Part shown: positions 18,166 through 27,939 of the stretch, in pieces
Layout of the letters: each line of letters opens with the position of its first letter
Numbering within the stretch: position 1 is the stretch's first letter
NCBI GenBank assembly: GCA_035637835.1
Contig: DASPWN010000310.1
Coordinates: 1 to 48,799, forward strand
Source of the DNA: Actinomycetota bacterium
GTDB taxonomy: Bacteria > Actinomycetota > UBA4738 > HRBIN12
DNA: 48,799 nt
Direction: 5' to 3'
The notes under the pieces: model-generated
What the model saw: the letters and a program-made list of their open reading frames with translations, nothing else
Database searches by the model: none
What the model was told of the DNA's origin: nothing
Translations under genes and position numbers: made by a program

Positions 18166-19050
18166 ATGGCCGGTAGGTTCGGGGCGGTCGTCACCGCCAT
18201 GGTCACCCCGTTCCGGGACGACCACTCACTCGATCTCGACGGCGCGCGCACGCTCGCGAGCCACCTGTTCGACCACGGCTCGGACACCCTGGTGGTTGCG
18301 GGGTCGACCGGGGAATCCCCCACGCTCAGCCACAAGGAGAAGCTCCAGCTGTTCGGCGCGGTCATCGAGGCCGCGAAGGGCAGGGGAAAGGTCGTGTGCG
18401 GCACCGGGACGTACAGCACCGCCGAGACCCTGGAGCTCTCGCGGCAGGCGGAGAAGCTCGGGGCCGACGGGCTGCTGTTGGTGACGCCGTACTACAACAA
18501 GCCGCCGCAGCGCGGATTGGTGGCCCACTACACCCGTATCGCCTCGGCGGTTTCGATCCCCATCGTGGCCTATAACATCCCCGGCCGGACGGGCGTGCGG
18601 ATCGAGCACGACACCTTGCTCCAGCTGGCCAAGGTCCCGAACATCATCGGGGTCAAGGACTCGACCGGTGACTTCCAGTCCATCTCCCGGCTGATCACCG
18701 AGGCGCCCCCCGCGTTCGAGGTCTATTCGGGCGATGACTGGGCCACGTTCGGCTACATGTGCCTCGGGGCGGTCGGCGTGGTGTCGGTCGCCTCCCACTT
18801 GGTAGGCGACCGGATCCGGCAGCTGACAGACCTCGTGGAGGGGGGCGACATCCCAGCGGCCCGCAAGATCCACGAGGAACTCTCGCCGCTGTTCAACACG
18901 CTGTTCATCACCACCAACCCCATCCCGGTGAAGACCGCGCTTGGGATCCTCGGCCTTCCGGCCGGCCCGCCTCGGCTGCCGCTCGTCCCGGCGACCAAGG
19001 AGGAGCGGGCCAGGATCGAGAAGGCGCTGGTGGATGCCAGGCTCCTCTAG
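18166..19050 (+). CDS. dapA: 4-hydroxy-tetrahydrodipicolinate synthase
   Basis: MAGRFGAVVTAMVTPF... GSTGESPTLS ... YNIPGRTG. ATG 18166 is preceded by AAGGAGGAGG. The track start 18046 lies in the UTR. Confidence 0.93.
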   Translation: MAGRFGAVVTAMVTPFRDDHSLDLDGARTLASHLFDHGSDTLVVAGSTGESPTLSHKEKLQLFGAVIEAAKGRGKVVCGTGTYSTAETLELSRQAEKLGADGLLLVTPYYNKPPQRGLVAHYTRIASAVSIPIVAYNIPGRTGVRIEHDTLLQLAKVPNIIGVKDSTGDFQSISRLITEAPPAFEVYSGDDWATFGYMCLGAVGVVSVASHLVGDRIRQLTDLVEGGDIPAARKIHEELSPLFNTLFITTNPIPVKTALGILGLPAGPPRLPLVPATKEERARIEKALVDARLL

Positions 19051-20725
19051 CGGGCCGGGGCGGGGGCCGGCTCGGATCGCATTCCTCGGCGGCGTCGGTG
19101 AGGTCGGCCGCAACATGGCCTGCATCGAGCTGGATGACCGGCTCCTCATCCTTGACGCCGGCCTGTCGTTCCCTCACGCCGAGATGCCGGGGATCGATCT
19201 CGTGTTGCCGGACTTCGAGTACGTACGGGAGAACATCGACCGGGTCGAGGCCGTGGTGCTGACCCACGGACACGAGGACCACATCGGCTCCGTCCCGTAC
19301 CTGCTGCGCGAGTTCGAGCGGGTCCTGCCGATCTATGGGACCGCGTTCACCCTCGCTTTGCTGGAGGGAAAGCTGGAGGAGCACCAGGTCCGGGACAGGG
19401 CCGGATTCCAGACCGTGGTGCCGGGCGGCGCGGCGAGCGTGGGGCCGTTCTCCATGCGGTTCATGCGGGTGACGCATTCCATCCCGGAAGGCGTGGCCGT
19501 GGCCATCGACACCCCGTTCGGGACGATCCTGCATACAGGGGACTTCAAGATCGACCAGACCCCGCTCGACGGGCGGCCCACGGACCTACACGGCCTGGCC
19601 GAGGAGGCCGGGCGGAACGGTGGCGTGCACCTCATGTTGTCCGACTCGACGAACGCCGAGGAGGCCGGGTACACCTCGAGCGAGCGCACGGTGGGACCGG
19701 TGCTGCAGGACATCATCGCCCGGGCTCCCAAGCTCGTCGTGGTGGCTTGCTTCTCGAGTCACATCCACCGCATCCAGCAGGTGGCAAACGCCGCTCGGGC
19801 GAACGAGCGGGTGGTGGCGGTCCTGGGCCGCTCGATGCACCAGAGCGTCGACGCCGCTCGCCGGCTGGGGCTGCTCCATGTGCCGGAGGACGACATCGTG
19901 CTGATCGAAGACCTAGACAAGCTGGACCGATCGAGGGTCGTGGTGGTGTGCACGGGAAGCCAGGGCGAGCCCTACTCGGCGCTCTCGCTGATGGCGGCCC
20001 GGGAGCACAAGTTCGTGGACCTTCGCCAGGGCGACACCGTGGTCCTGTCCTCCTCGCTCATCCCGGGGAACGAGCCGGCCATCCACCGGGTCATCGACGG
20101 CCTGTACCGCACGGGGGCCGACGTGTACCACGAGCCGGCGGCCCCCGTGCACGCGTCTGGACACGCCGCCCAGGAGGAACTCCGGCTGATGCTGTCGCTC
20201 GTCCAGCCCCGGTGGTTCATCCCGGTCCACGGGGAGCGACGGCACCTGGCCCATCACGCCAAGCTGGCCGCCGAGGTGGGCATCCCCGCCGACCACGTGC
20301 TGATCTGCGAGGACGGGGACCTGGTGGAGGTGGGGGAGCGGGTCCGGATCGCCGGACGGATCCCGGCGGGGATGACCTTCGTGGACGGGCTGGGGATCGG
20401 CGATGTGGGCGAGGTCGTGCTCCGGGACCGGCGAAAGCTCTCGGCCGACGGCGTGGTGGTCGTGGTGGTCACGATCGATGCCCACCAGGGCGAGATCGTG
20501 GCCGGCCCGGACATCGTGAACCGAGGGTTCGTGTTCATCGAGACCTCCGGCGACATCCTTGAAGAGGCCAGGAATCGCGTCATGCTTTCCCTGAAGGAGA
20601 GCGCCCAGGCGCACGTCGTCGACCGGAGCGCGATCGAACAGAACATCCGGCGGACGCTGGGCAAGTACTTCTACGAGGTCACCCAGCGAAAGCCGGTGAT
20701 CCTGCCGGTGATCATGGAGGTCTAA
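19034..20725 (+). CDS. rnj: ribonuclease J
   Basis: Metallo-beta-lactamase HGHEDHIG plus beta-CASP and a C-terminal domain. IAFLGGVGEVGRNM N-terminus. ATG 19034 overlaps the end of dapA by 17 nt. Confidence 0.9.
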   Translation: MPGSSSGPGRGPARIAFLGGVGEVGRNMACIELDDRLLILDAGLSFPHAEMPGIDLVLPDFEYVRENIDRVEAVVLTHGHEDHIGSVPYLLREFERVLPIYGTAFTLALLEGKLEEHQVRDRAGFQTVVPGGAASVGPFSMRFMRVTHSIPEGVAVAIDTPFGTILHTGDFKIDQTPLDGRPTDLHGLAEEAGRNGGVHLMLSDSTNAEEAGYTSSERTVGPVLQDIIARAPKLVVVACFSSHIHRIQQVANAARANERVVAVLGRSMHQSVDAARRLGLLHVPEDDIVLIEDLDKLDRSRVVVVCTGSQGEPYSALSLMAAREHKFVDLRQGDTVVLSSSLIPGNEPAIHRVIDGLYRTGADVYHEPAAPVHASGHAAQEELRLMLSLVQPRWFIPVHGERRHLAHHAKLAAEVGIPADHVLICEDGDLVEVGERVRIAGRIPAGMTFVDGLGIGDVGEVVLRDRRKLSADGVVVVVVTIDAHQGEIVAGPDIVNRGFVFIETSGDILEEARNRVMLSLKESAQAHVVDRSAIEQNIRRTLGKYFYEVTQRKPVILPVIMEV

Positions 20726-22947
20726 TGCCCGCGAAGACCAACCGGAGGGCGCCGGCGCGCCGGCGCCCCTCCACCCGCGAAAAGCGTGTGCGCCCGAAGG
20801 TCCGCCAGCACCTCGCTCCCTGGGCCCGCGACGCGCTGGGCATCGGGCTGATGGTGTTCGCCCTGATCTCGATGCTGGGGCTGTGGTTCGACGCGGCGGG
20901 GTTCGTCGGCCGAGGCATCGAGCTCATGCTGGAAGCCCTGGTGGGGCAGGCCGCGGTGCTGTTCCCGCTCCTCGCGCTGTACTGGGGGGTCCTGCTCCTT
21001 CGGGGCACGGCCGAGGACGTGCGGGCCCGCATGTTCATTGGGTTCGCCTTCATGTCGGTGGGCCTGCTCGCGCTGTGGTCGCTCACGCACGGCAACCCCG
21101 CGCCGTTCGCCGGCACGGGGAGCGCCCGGGACGCGGCCGGGTTCGTCGGCGCGGTCACCGCGTGGCCCATCTCCCGCGGAGTGTCGCGACTCGGCGCCGG
21201 CATCATCTGGGCCGGCGTGACGGTGCTCGGGGTGCTGATCTTCACCGGCACGCCGCTGTCGGCAGCGTGGGCCAGGGTCCGCGAGCTGTCGGCTGCGGCC
21301 GGCGTTGACGAAGAGGCCGAGCCGGGGCGGGCCGCGCGAACCAAGCGCGATCGCCGGGGCCGCACTGAGGAGGATGTCCCGGTCGTGGTAGACCTCCGCG
21401 ACCACGAGGCCGAGCCGGAGCCCTCGTCTCCGCCGTCCGGAACGGAATCCGACACTACCTTCGTCCCCACCCCGGCCCCGAAGGGCGGGGCCTACAAGCT
21501 GCCGCCGATCGGCCTGCTCCGCACGGCCCCCCCGTCGGCCGGCTCCACCCGGGACGAGGAGCAGACCACCGCGGCCCTGGAGCGAACATTCCGCACGTTC
21601 GGCGTGGCGGCTCGCGTGCCGAAGGCCCACCGCGGCCCGACCGTCACCCTTTATGAGGTCGAGGTGGAGGCCGGCACCAAGGTGAACAAGGTGCTGTCCC
21701 TGGCCGACGACATCGCCTATGCGCTCGCCACGCCCGACGTCCGGATCATCGCGCCGATCCCCGGGAAGTCCGCCATCGGCGTGGAGGTGCCGAACAAGGT
21801 CCGCGACTTCGTGATGCTCGGCGACGTCCTTCGGGCCCCGGCGGCCAAGGACGACCGGCACCCGCTGGCGGTGGCGCTGGGCAAGGACGTCCACGGCCGG
21901 GCTCAGATGGTGAACCTGACGAAGATGCCGCACCTGCTGATCGCTGGGGCCACCGGCGCGGGGAAGTCCTCCCTCATCAACTGCTTCATCACGTCGATCC
22001 TGATGCGAACCACACCCGAACAGGTGAAGCTGGTGCTCGTCGATCCCAAGCGGGTCGAGCTGGCGCACTTCGCCGACCTGCCGCATCTCCTGTCGCCGGT
22101 CATCGTGCATCCGAAGCGAGCCGCCGAGGCCCTGGGGTGGGTCGTCCGGGAGATGGAGCAGCGGTACGAGGCCCTGGCCATGGTGGGCGTCCGCGACGTC
22201 GACGGATACCGCGAGGGCCTCGCATCGGGCACGCTCCGGATCCCGGCCGGCCAGGAGGAGAAGTTCACTGACCTCCCGTACATCGTGGTCGTGATCGACG
22301 AGCTGGCCGACTTGATGCTGGTGTCACCGCGCGACGTGGAGGACACGATCGTCCGCATCGCCCAGATGGCAAGGGCCGTCGGCATCCACCTGGTCGTGGC
22401 CACGCAACGGCCGTCGGTCGATGTCGTCACCGGCTTGATCAAGGCGAACATCCCTTCCCGGATCGCGCTGATGACATCGTCACAGGCGGATTCGCGGGTC
22501 ATCCTCGACATGAACGGTGCGGAGAAGCTCGTCGGGCACGGCGACATGTTGTACGCACCGTCCAACGCGTCGAAGCCGACGCGCCTTCAGGCCGCGTGGG
22601 TCACCGAGAAGGAGGTCCATTCGGTGTGCGAATGGATCCGAGCCCAGCGCGAACCCGAGTACGCAGCCAGCGTCGAGGGCCTGGGGCGCCCACCGATGGA
22701 AGGCGAGGACGACCTCGGTGCCGGCGACGAGCTCCTGGAACAAGCCGCTGAGCTCGTGATCCGGTCGCAGCTTGGCTCGACGTCCATGCTTCAGCGAAAG
22801 CTCAAGGTGGGGTTCGCTCGAGCCGGCCGACTGATGGACCTGATGGAGGAGCGGGGGATCGTTGGCCCCTCCCAGGGCTCGCGGGCTCGCGACGTCCTGG
22901 TCACGCTGGAGGAGTGGGAGGAGTCCCGCTCGGCCCGCACGACCTGA
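20725..22947 (+). CDS. ftsK: DNA translocase FtsK
   Basis: N-terminal TM helices, a Pro-rich linker, a motor domain with the Walker A motif GATGAGKS, and a C-terminal gamma winged helix (STSMLQRKLKVGFARAGRLMDLME). TAATG overlap with rnj. Confidence 0.93.
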   Translation: MPAKTNRRAPARRRPSTREKRVRPKVRQHLAPWARDALGIGLMVFALISMLGLWFDAAGFVGRGIELMLEALVGQAAVLFPLLALYWGVLLLRGTAEDVRARMFIGFAFMSVGLLALWSLTHGNPAPFAGTGSARDAAGFVGAVTAWPISRGVSRLGAGIIWAGVTVLGVLIFTGTPLSAAWARVRELSAAAGVDEEAEPGRAARTKRDRRGRTEEDVPVVVDLRDHEAEPEPSSPPSGTESDTTFVPTPAPKGGAYKLPPIGLLRTAPPSAGSTRDEEQTTAALERTFRTFGVAARVPKAHRGPTVTLYEVEVEAGTKVNKVLSLADDIAYALATPDVRIIAPIPGKSAIGVEVPNKVRDFVMLGDVLRAPAAKDDRHPLAVALGKDVHGRAQMVNLTKMPHLLIAGATGAGKSSLINCFITSILMRTTPEQVKLVLVDPKRVELAHFADLPHLLSPVIVHPKRAAEALGWVVREMEQRYEALAMVGVRDVDGYREGLASGTLRIPAGQEEKFTDLPYIVVVIDELADLMLVSPRDVEDTIVRIAQMARAVGIHLVVATQRPSVDVVTGLIKANIPSRIALMTSSQADSRVILDMNGAEKLVGHGDMLYAPSNASKPTRLQAAWVTEKEVHSVCEWIRAQREPEYAASVEGLGRPPMEGEDDLGAGDELLEQAAELVIRSQLGSTSMLQRKLKVGFARAGRLMDLMEERGIVGPSQGSRARDVLVTLEEWEESRSARTT

Positions 22948-22959
22948 GCTCGAGGTTCG

Positions 22960-23358
22960 ATGGCCGCACCATTCGCGCAGCTCGACTTCCTGTATTGCCC
23001 GAGCGACGACGTCGCCGCCGAAGCCTCGTACTTCACCGACGTCCTGGGTGGCGAGCTGGTCTTCGCCATCGAGTCCGGGGGGACCAGGGTCGCGGCGGTC
23101 CGGCTGACCGGCGGCCCGCCGCTCCTCCTGCTAGCGGATCACGTCGAGGGCGATCGGCCGATCCTCGTCTATCGGGTGGACGACCTTGCGGCTTCGCTGG
23201 CCGAGCTCCAGTCCAGGGGATGGCAGCGGGCGGGCACGTTCGAGATCTCCCATGGACCCTGCTGTTCCTTCCGGACGGCCGGAGGGCAACGGATAGCCCT
23301 GTACCAGCTCACCCGACCCGAGGTCGCGGCCCACTTCGAGGGCCGCCGGGACTTCTGA
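22960..23358 (+). CDS. VOC/glyoxalase-fold family protein
   Basis: 132 aa. The pattern of the paired beta-alpha-beta-beta-beta module resembles glyoxalase/bleomycin-resistance proteins. Weak motif-level call. Confidence 0.6.
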   Translation: MAAPFAQLDFLYCPSDDVAAEASYFTDVLGGELVFAIESGGTRVAAVRLTGGPPLLLLADHVEGDRPILVYRVDDLAASLAELQSRGWQRAGTFEISHGPCCSFRTAGGQRIALYQLTRPEVAAHFEGRRDF

Positions 23359-23449
23359 ACCGGGCGCCATCTCGTCGCCTTGTCAGCCCCGGCGCTCCGT
23401 GGGGCCACTGCCTATACTCCCACGCCACAAGCCGGATCCAGGAGGAAGC

Positions 23450-24172
23450 GTGCAGCGATCGACGATCGGCGTGGGCCCGGCGCTCCGAAGGGCCCGCGCG
23501 GCCCGCGGCGTCACCCTCGACGAGGCCAGCCGCGACACGAGGATCCGCCGCGAGTTCCTGGTGGCCCTGGAGGAAGAGGCCTTCGATCGCCTCCTGGGCG
23601 ACGTGTACGTTCGGGGTTCGATCCGGTCGTACGCCACGTACCTCGGCCTCCCCTCGGACCAGATGGTGCACGCGTACGCGCGGTTCGCCGCGGCGCCGGC
23701 GGAGGCGCCGGCGCCGACGGGGCCACCTGCAGCGGAGAACCCCATCGACGCACCCCGCCGTCGCGACAGCCACCTGCTGTTCGTCATGATCGCGGCGACG
23801 TTGCTGATCCTGGCGGCGTCGTTCGGGATCATCTCCACGAGGGCCTCCGCACCGCCCCCGGCCGACCTGTCCTCCGACACGGCGGGCCTGGCAGGACTGG
23901 GCCCCGGGATCGTGGCGTTGGTGGCCGCGGAGCAACCGGTCGACGTCACCGTGACGATCGACGCCGCGCCGCCGCAGACGTTCTCGTTGGAGCCCGGCGA
24001 GAGCCGCTCCTTCGAGGCCGACCTATCGCTCACGATCCGGCTGGACCACGGCGCCAGCGCCCATGTGACGGTGAACGGCGACGACAAGGGTTTCCCCGGA
24101 AGGCGCAACCGTCCCTGGCGCGAGACCTACAGCTATGGGGACGTTGGCCCCACGCCGTCACCGGCGGCGTGA
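23450..24172 (+). CDS. RodZ-like membrane protein with N-terminal HTH (XRE-type)
   Basis: GPALRRARAARGVTLDEASRDTRIRREFLVALEEE, then one TM helix and a C-terminal DUF4115-like beta domain. GTG 23450 is preceded by AGGAGG. TATACT -10 at 23413-23418. Confidence 0.7.
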   Translation: MQRSTIGVGPALRRARAARGVTLDEASRDTRIRREFLVALEEEAFDRLLGDVYVRGSIRSYATYLGLPSDQMVHAYARFAAAPAEAPAPTGPPAAENPIDAPRRRDSHLLFVMIAATLLILAASFGIISTRASAPPPADLSSDTAGLAGLGPGIVALVAAEQPVDVTVTIDAAPPQTFSLEPGESRSFEADLSLTIRLDHGASAHVTVNGDDKGFPGRRNRPWRETYSYGDVGPTPSPAA

Positions 24173-24203
24173 GCGCGGGCCAGCCGAGGCACGCGAGAGG
24201 CCG

Positions 24204-25466
24204 GTGAGGGCCGAGGTCGTGGGGGTGGGCACCGAACTCCTGCTCGGACAGATCCCCAACACGAACGCCCAGTGGATCTCCGAGCGCCTGGCGGAGATCG
24301 GGGTCGACGTCCTGTACCACCAGGTGGTGGGGGACAACCCGGAACGGATCGCTGAGGCGCTTCGGCATGCGCTCTCCCATGCCGACGTGGTGATCGTGAC
24401 CGGCGGCCTGGGACCAACGCAGGACGACATCACGCGCCAGGCCGTGGCTGGGGTGGCTGGAGCCCGGATGGTCCGCCGTCCCGAGCTCGAGGACATGATC
24501 CGGGCGAAGTTCGCCCGGGCGGGACGGACCATGAGCGAGTCGAACCTCGTCCAGGCGGAGGTGCCCGAGGGCGCGCGCGTGATCACCCCCGATCGAGGAA
24601 CGGCGCCGGGGCTCGCGGTCGAGATCGAGCGCACGCGCCTGTACGCGCTCCCGGGTGTCCCCGCGGAGATGCGGGAGATGATGGAGGGGACCGTGCTGCG
24701 GGAGCTGTCATCGCTGGCCGGGCCGGCCTCGATCGCGTCACGGGTCGTCCGGTGCGTCGGGATCCCGGAGTCGCGCGTCGCCGAGCTCACCGATGACCTG
24801 TTCCGGGCCTCCGCCAATCCCACCGTCGCCTACCTGGCCGGCGGCGGAGAGGTGAAGGTCCGGCTGACGGCGAAAGCGAGAAGTCACGGGGACGCCGAGG
24901 CGCTGCTCGAACCACTGGTCGAGGAGGTCGCTCGGCGGCTCGGGGACCACGCGTTCACGACGACGGACGAGGAGTTGGAAGAGACCGTGGGCCGGTTGCT
25001 GCGCGACGGGGGGAAGACCCTCGCCTGCGCCGAGTCGCTGACGGGCGGTGAGCTCGGTGCCAGGATCACGTCGGTGCCGGGGGCCTCCGACTACTTCCTC
25101 GGTTCCGCAGTGTGCTACTCGCCCCGGGCGAAGCGGGAGATCCTCGGCGTCTCCCAGGAGACGATCGACGGGCCGGGTTTGGTCAGTGCGGAGTGCGCCC
25201 GCGAGATGGCTGCGGGAGCACGCCGGCTGTTCGGCGCCGACGTCGCCCTGGCGCTCACCGGCGCGGCCGGACCGCAGCCCCACGCCGGTGCGGAGCCCGG
25301 CCAGATCTGGGCGGCGCTGGAGGCCGAGGGCGTGTCGCACCAGCGTGGCCTGCGCTCGCCGGGCGATCGCGACCTCGTGCGGCGGTGGGCGGAGCAGGCC
25401 GGGCTGGACTTGGTGCGCCGCCACCTCCAGGGCGCGCCCTTGCCCAACGGGCCTCGCCCGCCGTGA
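24204..25466 (+). CDS. cinA: competence/damage-inducible protein CinA (MoCF-binding + PncC-type NMN amidase domains)
   Basis: RAEVVGVGTELLLGQIPNTNAQW N-terminus and C-terminal AESLTGGELG motif. Start at GTG 24204. Confidence 0.88.
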   Translation: MRAEVVGVGTELLLGQIPNTNAQWISERLAEIGVDVLYHQVVGDNPERIAEALRHALSHADVVIVTGGLGPTQDDITRQAVAGVAGARMVRRPELEDMIRAKFARAGRTMSESNLVQAEVPEGARVITPDRGTAPGLAVEIERTRLYALPGVPAEMREMMEGTVLRELSSLAGPASIASRVVRCVGIPESRVAELTDDLFRASANPTVAYLAGGGEVKVRLTAKARSHGDAEALLEPLVEEVARRLGDHAFTTTDEELEETVGRLLRDGGKTLACAESLTGGELGARITSVPGASDYFLGSAVCYSPRAKREILGVSQETIDGPGLVSAECAREMAAGARRLFGADVALALTGAAGPQPHAGAEPGQIWAALEAEGVSHQRGLRSPGDRDLVRRWAEQAGLDLVRRHLQGAPLPNGPRPP

Positions 25467-26062
25467 TGGCGCGGGACCGAGCGTCGCGACCAGAGGCCAA
25501 GGCCCTGCGGCTGTTCGTGGCGGTGGACGTGCCCGAGCAGGTCCGTGACCGGATGCAGGAGGCGATCGGGCCCTGGCGCGAGCGCCTCCCCCGGGCGAGG
25601 TGGGTGCCGAAGCAGAACCAGCACGTGACCCTGAAGTTCCTCGGCCGGACGTGGCCGCGGCTCGTGGGGTGGGTCACGGAGACCGTCGAGACAGTCGCTC
25701 GCCAGAGCGAGCCGTTCGAGACCCGCGTCACCGGGCTCGGCGTGTTCCCCTCGACGCGCCGAGCCCGGGTGCTGTGGGCGGGCCTGGACGATCCGGGTGG
25801 TCGCCTGGCCTCACTGGCTGCCGACCTCGAGGCGACGCTGGCCAAGGAGTTCACGCCGGAGAAGCGGGGCTTTACCGCTCACCTCACGGTGGCCAGGTTC
25901 GATCCGCCGGTCCCGTTCGACGGGGAGGAGATCATGGCAGCGGACGTCGCCTCGGAGCCGTTCGCCGTCGACCGGCTGGTCGTGTACCGGAGCCACCTCC
26001 GACGTCCCGCGCCGATCTACGAGGCCGTCGGGGAGTTCGCATTCGGATCCCGAGGTGATTGA
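25466..26062 (+). CDS. thpR: RNA 2',3'-cyclic phosphodiesterase (LigT/ThpR, 2H family)
   Basis: Two HxT motifs (HVTLKFLG and HLTVARF). TGATG overlap with cinA. Confidence 0.85.
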   Translation: MARDRASRPEAKALRLFVAVDVPEQVRDRMQEAIGPWRERLPRARWVPKQNQHVTLKFLGRTWPRLVGWVTETVETVARQSEPFETRVTGLGVFPSTRRARVLWAGLDDPGGRLASLAADLEATLAKEFTPEKRGFTAHLTVARFDPPVPFDGEEIMAADVASEPFAVDRLVVYRSHLRRPAPIYEAVGEFAFGSRGD

Positions 26063-26087
26063 CCTCGAACATACGTTCGGGTAGGGT
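26059..26087 (+). promoter_or_regulatory. LexA-controlled recA promoter (TTGACC-17-TAGGGT) with the SOS box as spacer
   Basis: The SOS/Cheo box TCGAACATACGTTCGG (26065-26080, consensus TCGAAC-N4-GTTCGA) fills the 17-nt spacer between the -35 and the -10. Confidence 0.75.
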
Positions 26088-26090
26088 CCC

Positions 26091-26139
26091 GGGTTGCGGA
26101 TTCCGATTGACAATCCGGGGTTGCAGGTTCCGAATGACA
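26091..26139 (+). repeat. tandem 22-nt direct repeat between the two recA promoters
   Basis: GGGTTGCGGATTCCGATTGACA (26091-26112) and GGGTTGCAGGTTCCGAATGACA (26118-26139). 19/22 identical, 27-nt period. Each unit ends in a TTGACA-like hexamer. Confidence 0.7.
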
Positions 26140-26151
26140 GAGGTGTAATCC

Positions 26152-26174
26152 GTGTCAGACCCACACGCTACCGT
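26152..26174 (+). promoter_or_regulatory. RecA-NDp-like (LexA-independent DNA-damage) promoter motif
   Basis: gTGTCAGac-N8-TACCGT matches the mycobacterial tTGTCRgtg-N8-TAnnnT geometry. It lies about 75 nt upstream of the recA ATG. Confidence 0.5.
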
Positions 26175-26247
26175 GCGCCCTCACATCGGGGAAGAGCTCA
26201 CCGGAGCCGTGCGCCGGTGGGCGAGGGGTCAGAAGGAGGCTTCGCGG

Positions 26248-27360
26248 ATGGATCGGGACAAGATGCTCGACATGGCGCTCACGCAGATCGAGAAGCAGTA
26301 CGGCAAGGGGGCGGTGATGCGGCTGGGGGAGCATCCCGCCGGCCAGGGAATCTCGGTCATCCCCACCGGCTCCATCGCCCTCGACATGGCCCTCTGCGTG
26401 GGCGGCATCCCCCGGGGGCGCATCGTGGAGGTCTTCGGCCCTGAAGGGTCGGGCAAGACCACCGTGTGCCTCCACATCATCGCCGAGGCCCAGAGGATGG
26501 GCGGTATCGCGGCCTTTGTCGACGCCGAGCACGCGCTCGATCCCACCTACGCTCACAAACTCGGCGTGAACATCGACGAGCTCCTGGTGTCGCAGCCCGA
26601 CTCCGGCGAGCAGGCATTGGAGATCGCCGACCTCCTGGTGCGCTCCGGGGCCATGGATCTCGTGGTCATCGACTCGGTTGCCGCGCTCGTGCCCCGGGCC
26701 GAGATCGAAGGCGAGATGGGCGATTCCCACGTCGGCCTACAGGCCCGGCTCATGTCGCAGGCCATGCGGAAGCTGGCCGGCTCCCTGTCGCGGTTCGAGA
26801 CCACCGCCATCTTCATCAACCAGCTCCGGGAGAAGATCGGCGTGATGTTCGGCAATCCCGAGACCACGCCGGGCGGTCGCGCGCTCAAGTTCTACTCGTC
26901 GATCCGCCTCGACGTCCGCAAGATCGAGAACCTGAAGGACGGCACCGAGGTGGTGGGGTCCCGCACCAGGGTGAAGGTGGTGAAGAACAAGGTCGCCCCG
27001 CCGTTCAGGCAGTGCGAGTTCGACATCATCTACGGAGAGGGCATCTCAAAGGAGGGGAGCCTCCTCGACGTCGGCGTGGACCTGGAGATCGTGAAGAAGA
27101 GCGGCGCCTGGTTCACCTACGAGGGCGACCAGCTCGGTCAGGGCCGGGAGAACTCGCGACAGTTCCTGTCCGAGCACGCCGACATGGCCCGCGAGATCGA
27201 GCGGAGGATCCGGGAGGCCGTGGGCCTCACGGCCTTCGGGGACGGCGAGGCCCCGGTCACGGTCGTCCCCGACGTGGTGGTGACGGACGAGCCCCCGGCT
27301 CCCTCCAAGTCCAAGGCTAAGGAGAAGGAGCGCGAGGCGCAGCCCGCACCGGCCTCCTAA
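26248..27360 (+). CDS. recA: recombinase RecA
   Basis: [27 protein letters not shown]... GPEGSGKTT is unmistakable RecA. AGAAGGAGG lies 8 nt upstream of ATG 26248. No intein. Confidence 0.98.
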   Translation: MDRDKMLDMALTQIEKQYGKGAVMRLGEHPAGQGISVIPTGSIALDMALCVGGIPRGRIVEVFGPEGSGKTTVCLHIIAEAQRMGGIAAFVDAEHALDPTYAHKLGVNIDELLVSQPDSGEQALEIADLLVRSGAMDLVVIDSVAALVPRAEIEGEMGDSHVGLQARLMSQAMRKLAGSLSRFETTAIFINQLREKIGVMFGNPETTPGGRALKFYSSIRLDVRKIENLKDGTEVVGSRTRVKVVKNKVAPPFRQCEFDIIYGEGISKEGSLLDVGVDLEIVKKSGAWFTYEGDQLGQGRENSRQFLSEHADMAREIERRIREAVGLTAFGDGEAPVTVVPDVVVTDEPPAPSKSKAKEKEREAQPAPAS

Positions 27361-27377
27361 GCCGCGCCGTCAGATAG

Positions 27378-27893
27378 ATGCCCGAGGCCTTCCGCTCACG
27401 CCGCCCCAAGCGCCCGCTCTCATGCCACGACCGGGCCCTCCGACTCCTCGCGGTGCGGCCGCGCTCGCGCCGCGAAATGGAGTCCCGGCTCCGCTCGGCA
27501 GGGTTCGACGCCGAGATGGTGGCCGAGGAGCTCGCCCGCTTGGAAGAGGTCGGGTTGCTCGACGACGAGCGCTTTGCTCAGGAGTTCGCGGAGCATGCAC
27601 TGAGCCGTCGGCTCTCGGGACGGCGAGGCGTGGCTTCCTCGCTCGCGGCCAAGGGCGTGTCCCGCCCCCTGATCGAGCGGGCTCTCCAGGATGTGGAGGG
27701 CGATGAGGACGCCCGTGCGGTGGAGCTAGCCCGGTCGAGGGCGTCGCGTCTGCGGGGCCTGGCCCCGGAGGTGGCCTACCGCCGCCTCGTCTCCTTCCTG
27801 GCGCGTCGAGGCTACGAAGGGGCGGTGGCCAGGCGGGCGGCCGCCTCAACACTACGGCCGGACCCGGGGGCCGAAGGGCTCTCCGAGGCGTAG
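27378..27893 (+). CDS. recX: RecA regulator RecX
   Basis: 171 aa. Helical repeats (ALRLLAVRPRSRREMESRL...), position immediately after recA. Confidence 0.9.
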   Translation: MPEAFRSRRPKRPLSCHDRALRLLAVRPRSRREMESRLRSAGFDAEMVAEELARLEEVGLLDDERFAQEFAEHALSRRLSGRRGVASSLAAKGVSRPLIERALQDVEGDEDARAVELARSRASRLRGLAPEVAYRRLVSFLARRGYEGAVARRAAASTLRPDPGAEGLSEA

Positions 27894-27910
27894 CACCTCG
27901 GGGCAACCCC

Positions 27911-27939
27911 TTGCGTCTCACGCCGCCAAGCCGTAGATT
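27911..27939 (+). promoter_or_regulatory. predicted sigma-A-type promoter in the recX-rny spacer
   Basis: TTGCGT, 17 nt, TAGATT. The predicted transcription start is near 27946. Confidence 0.45.
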
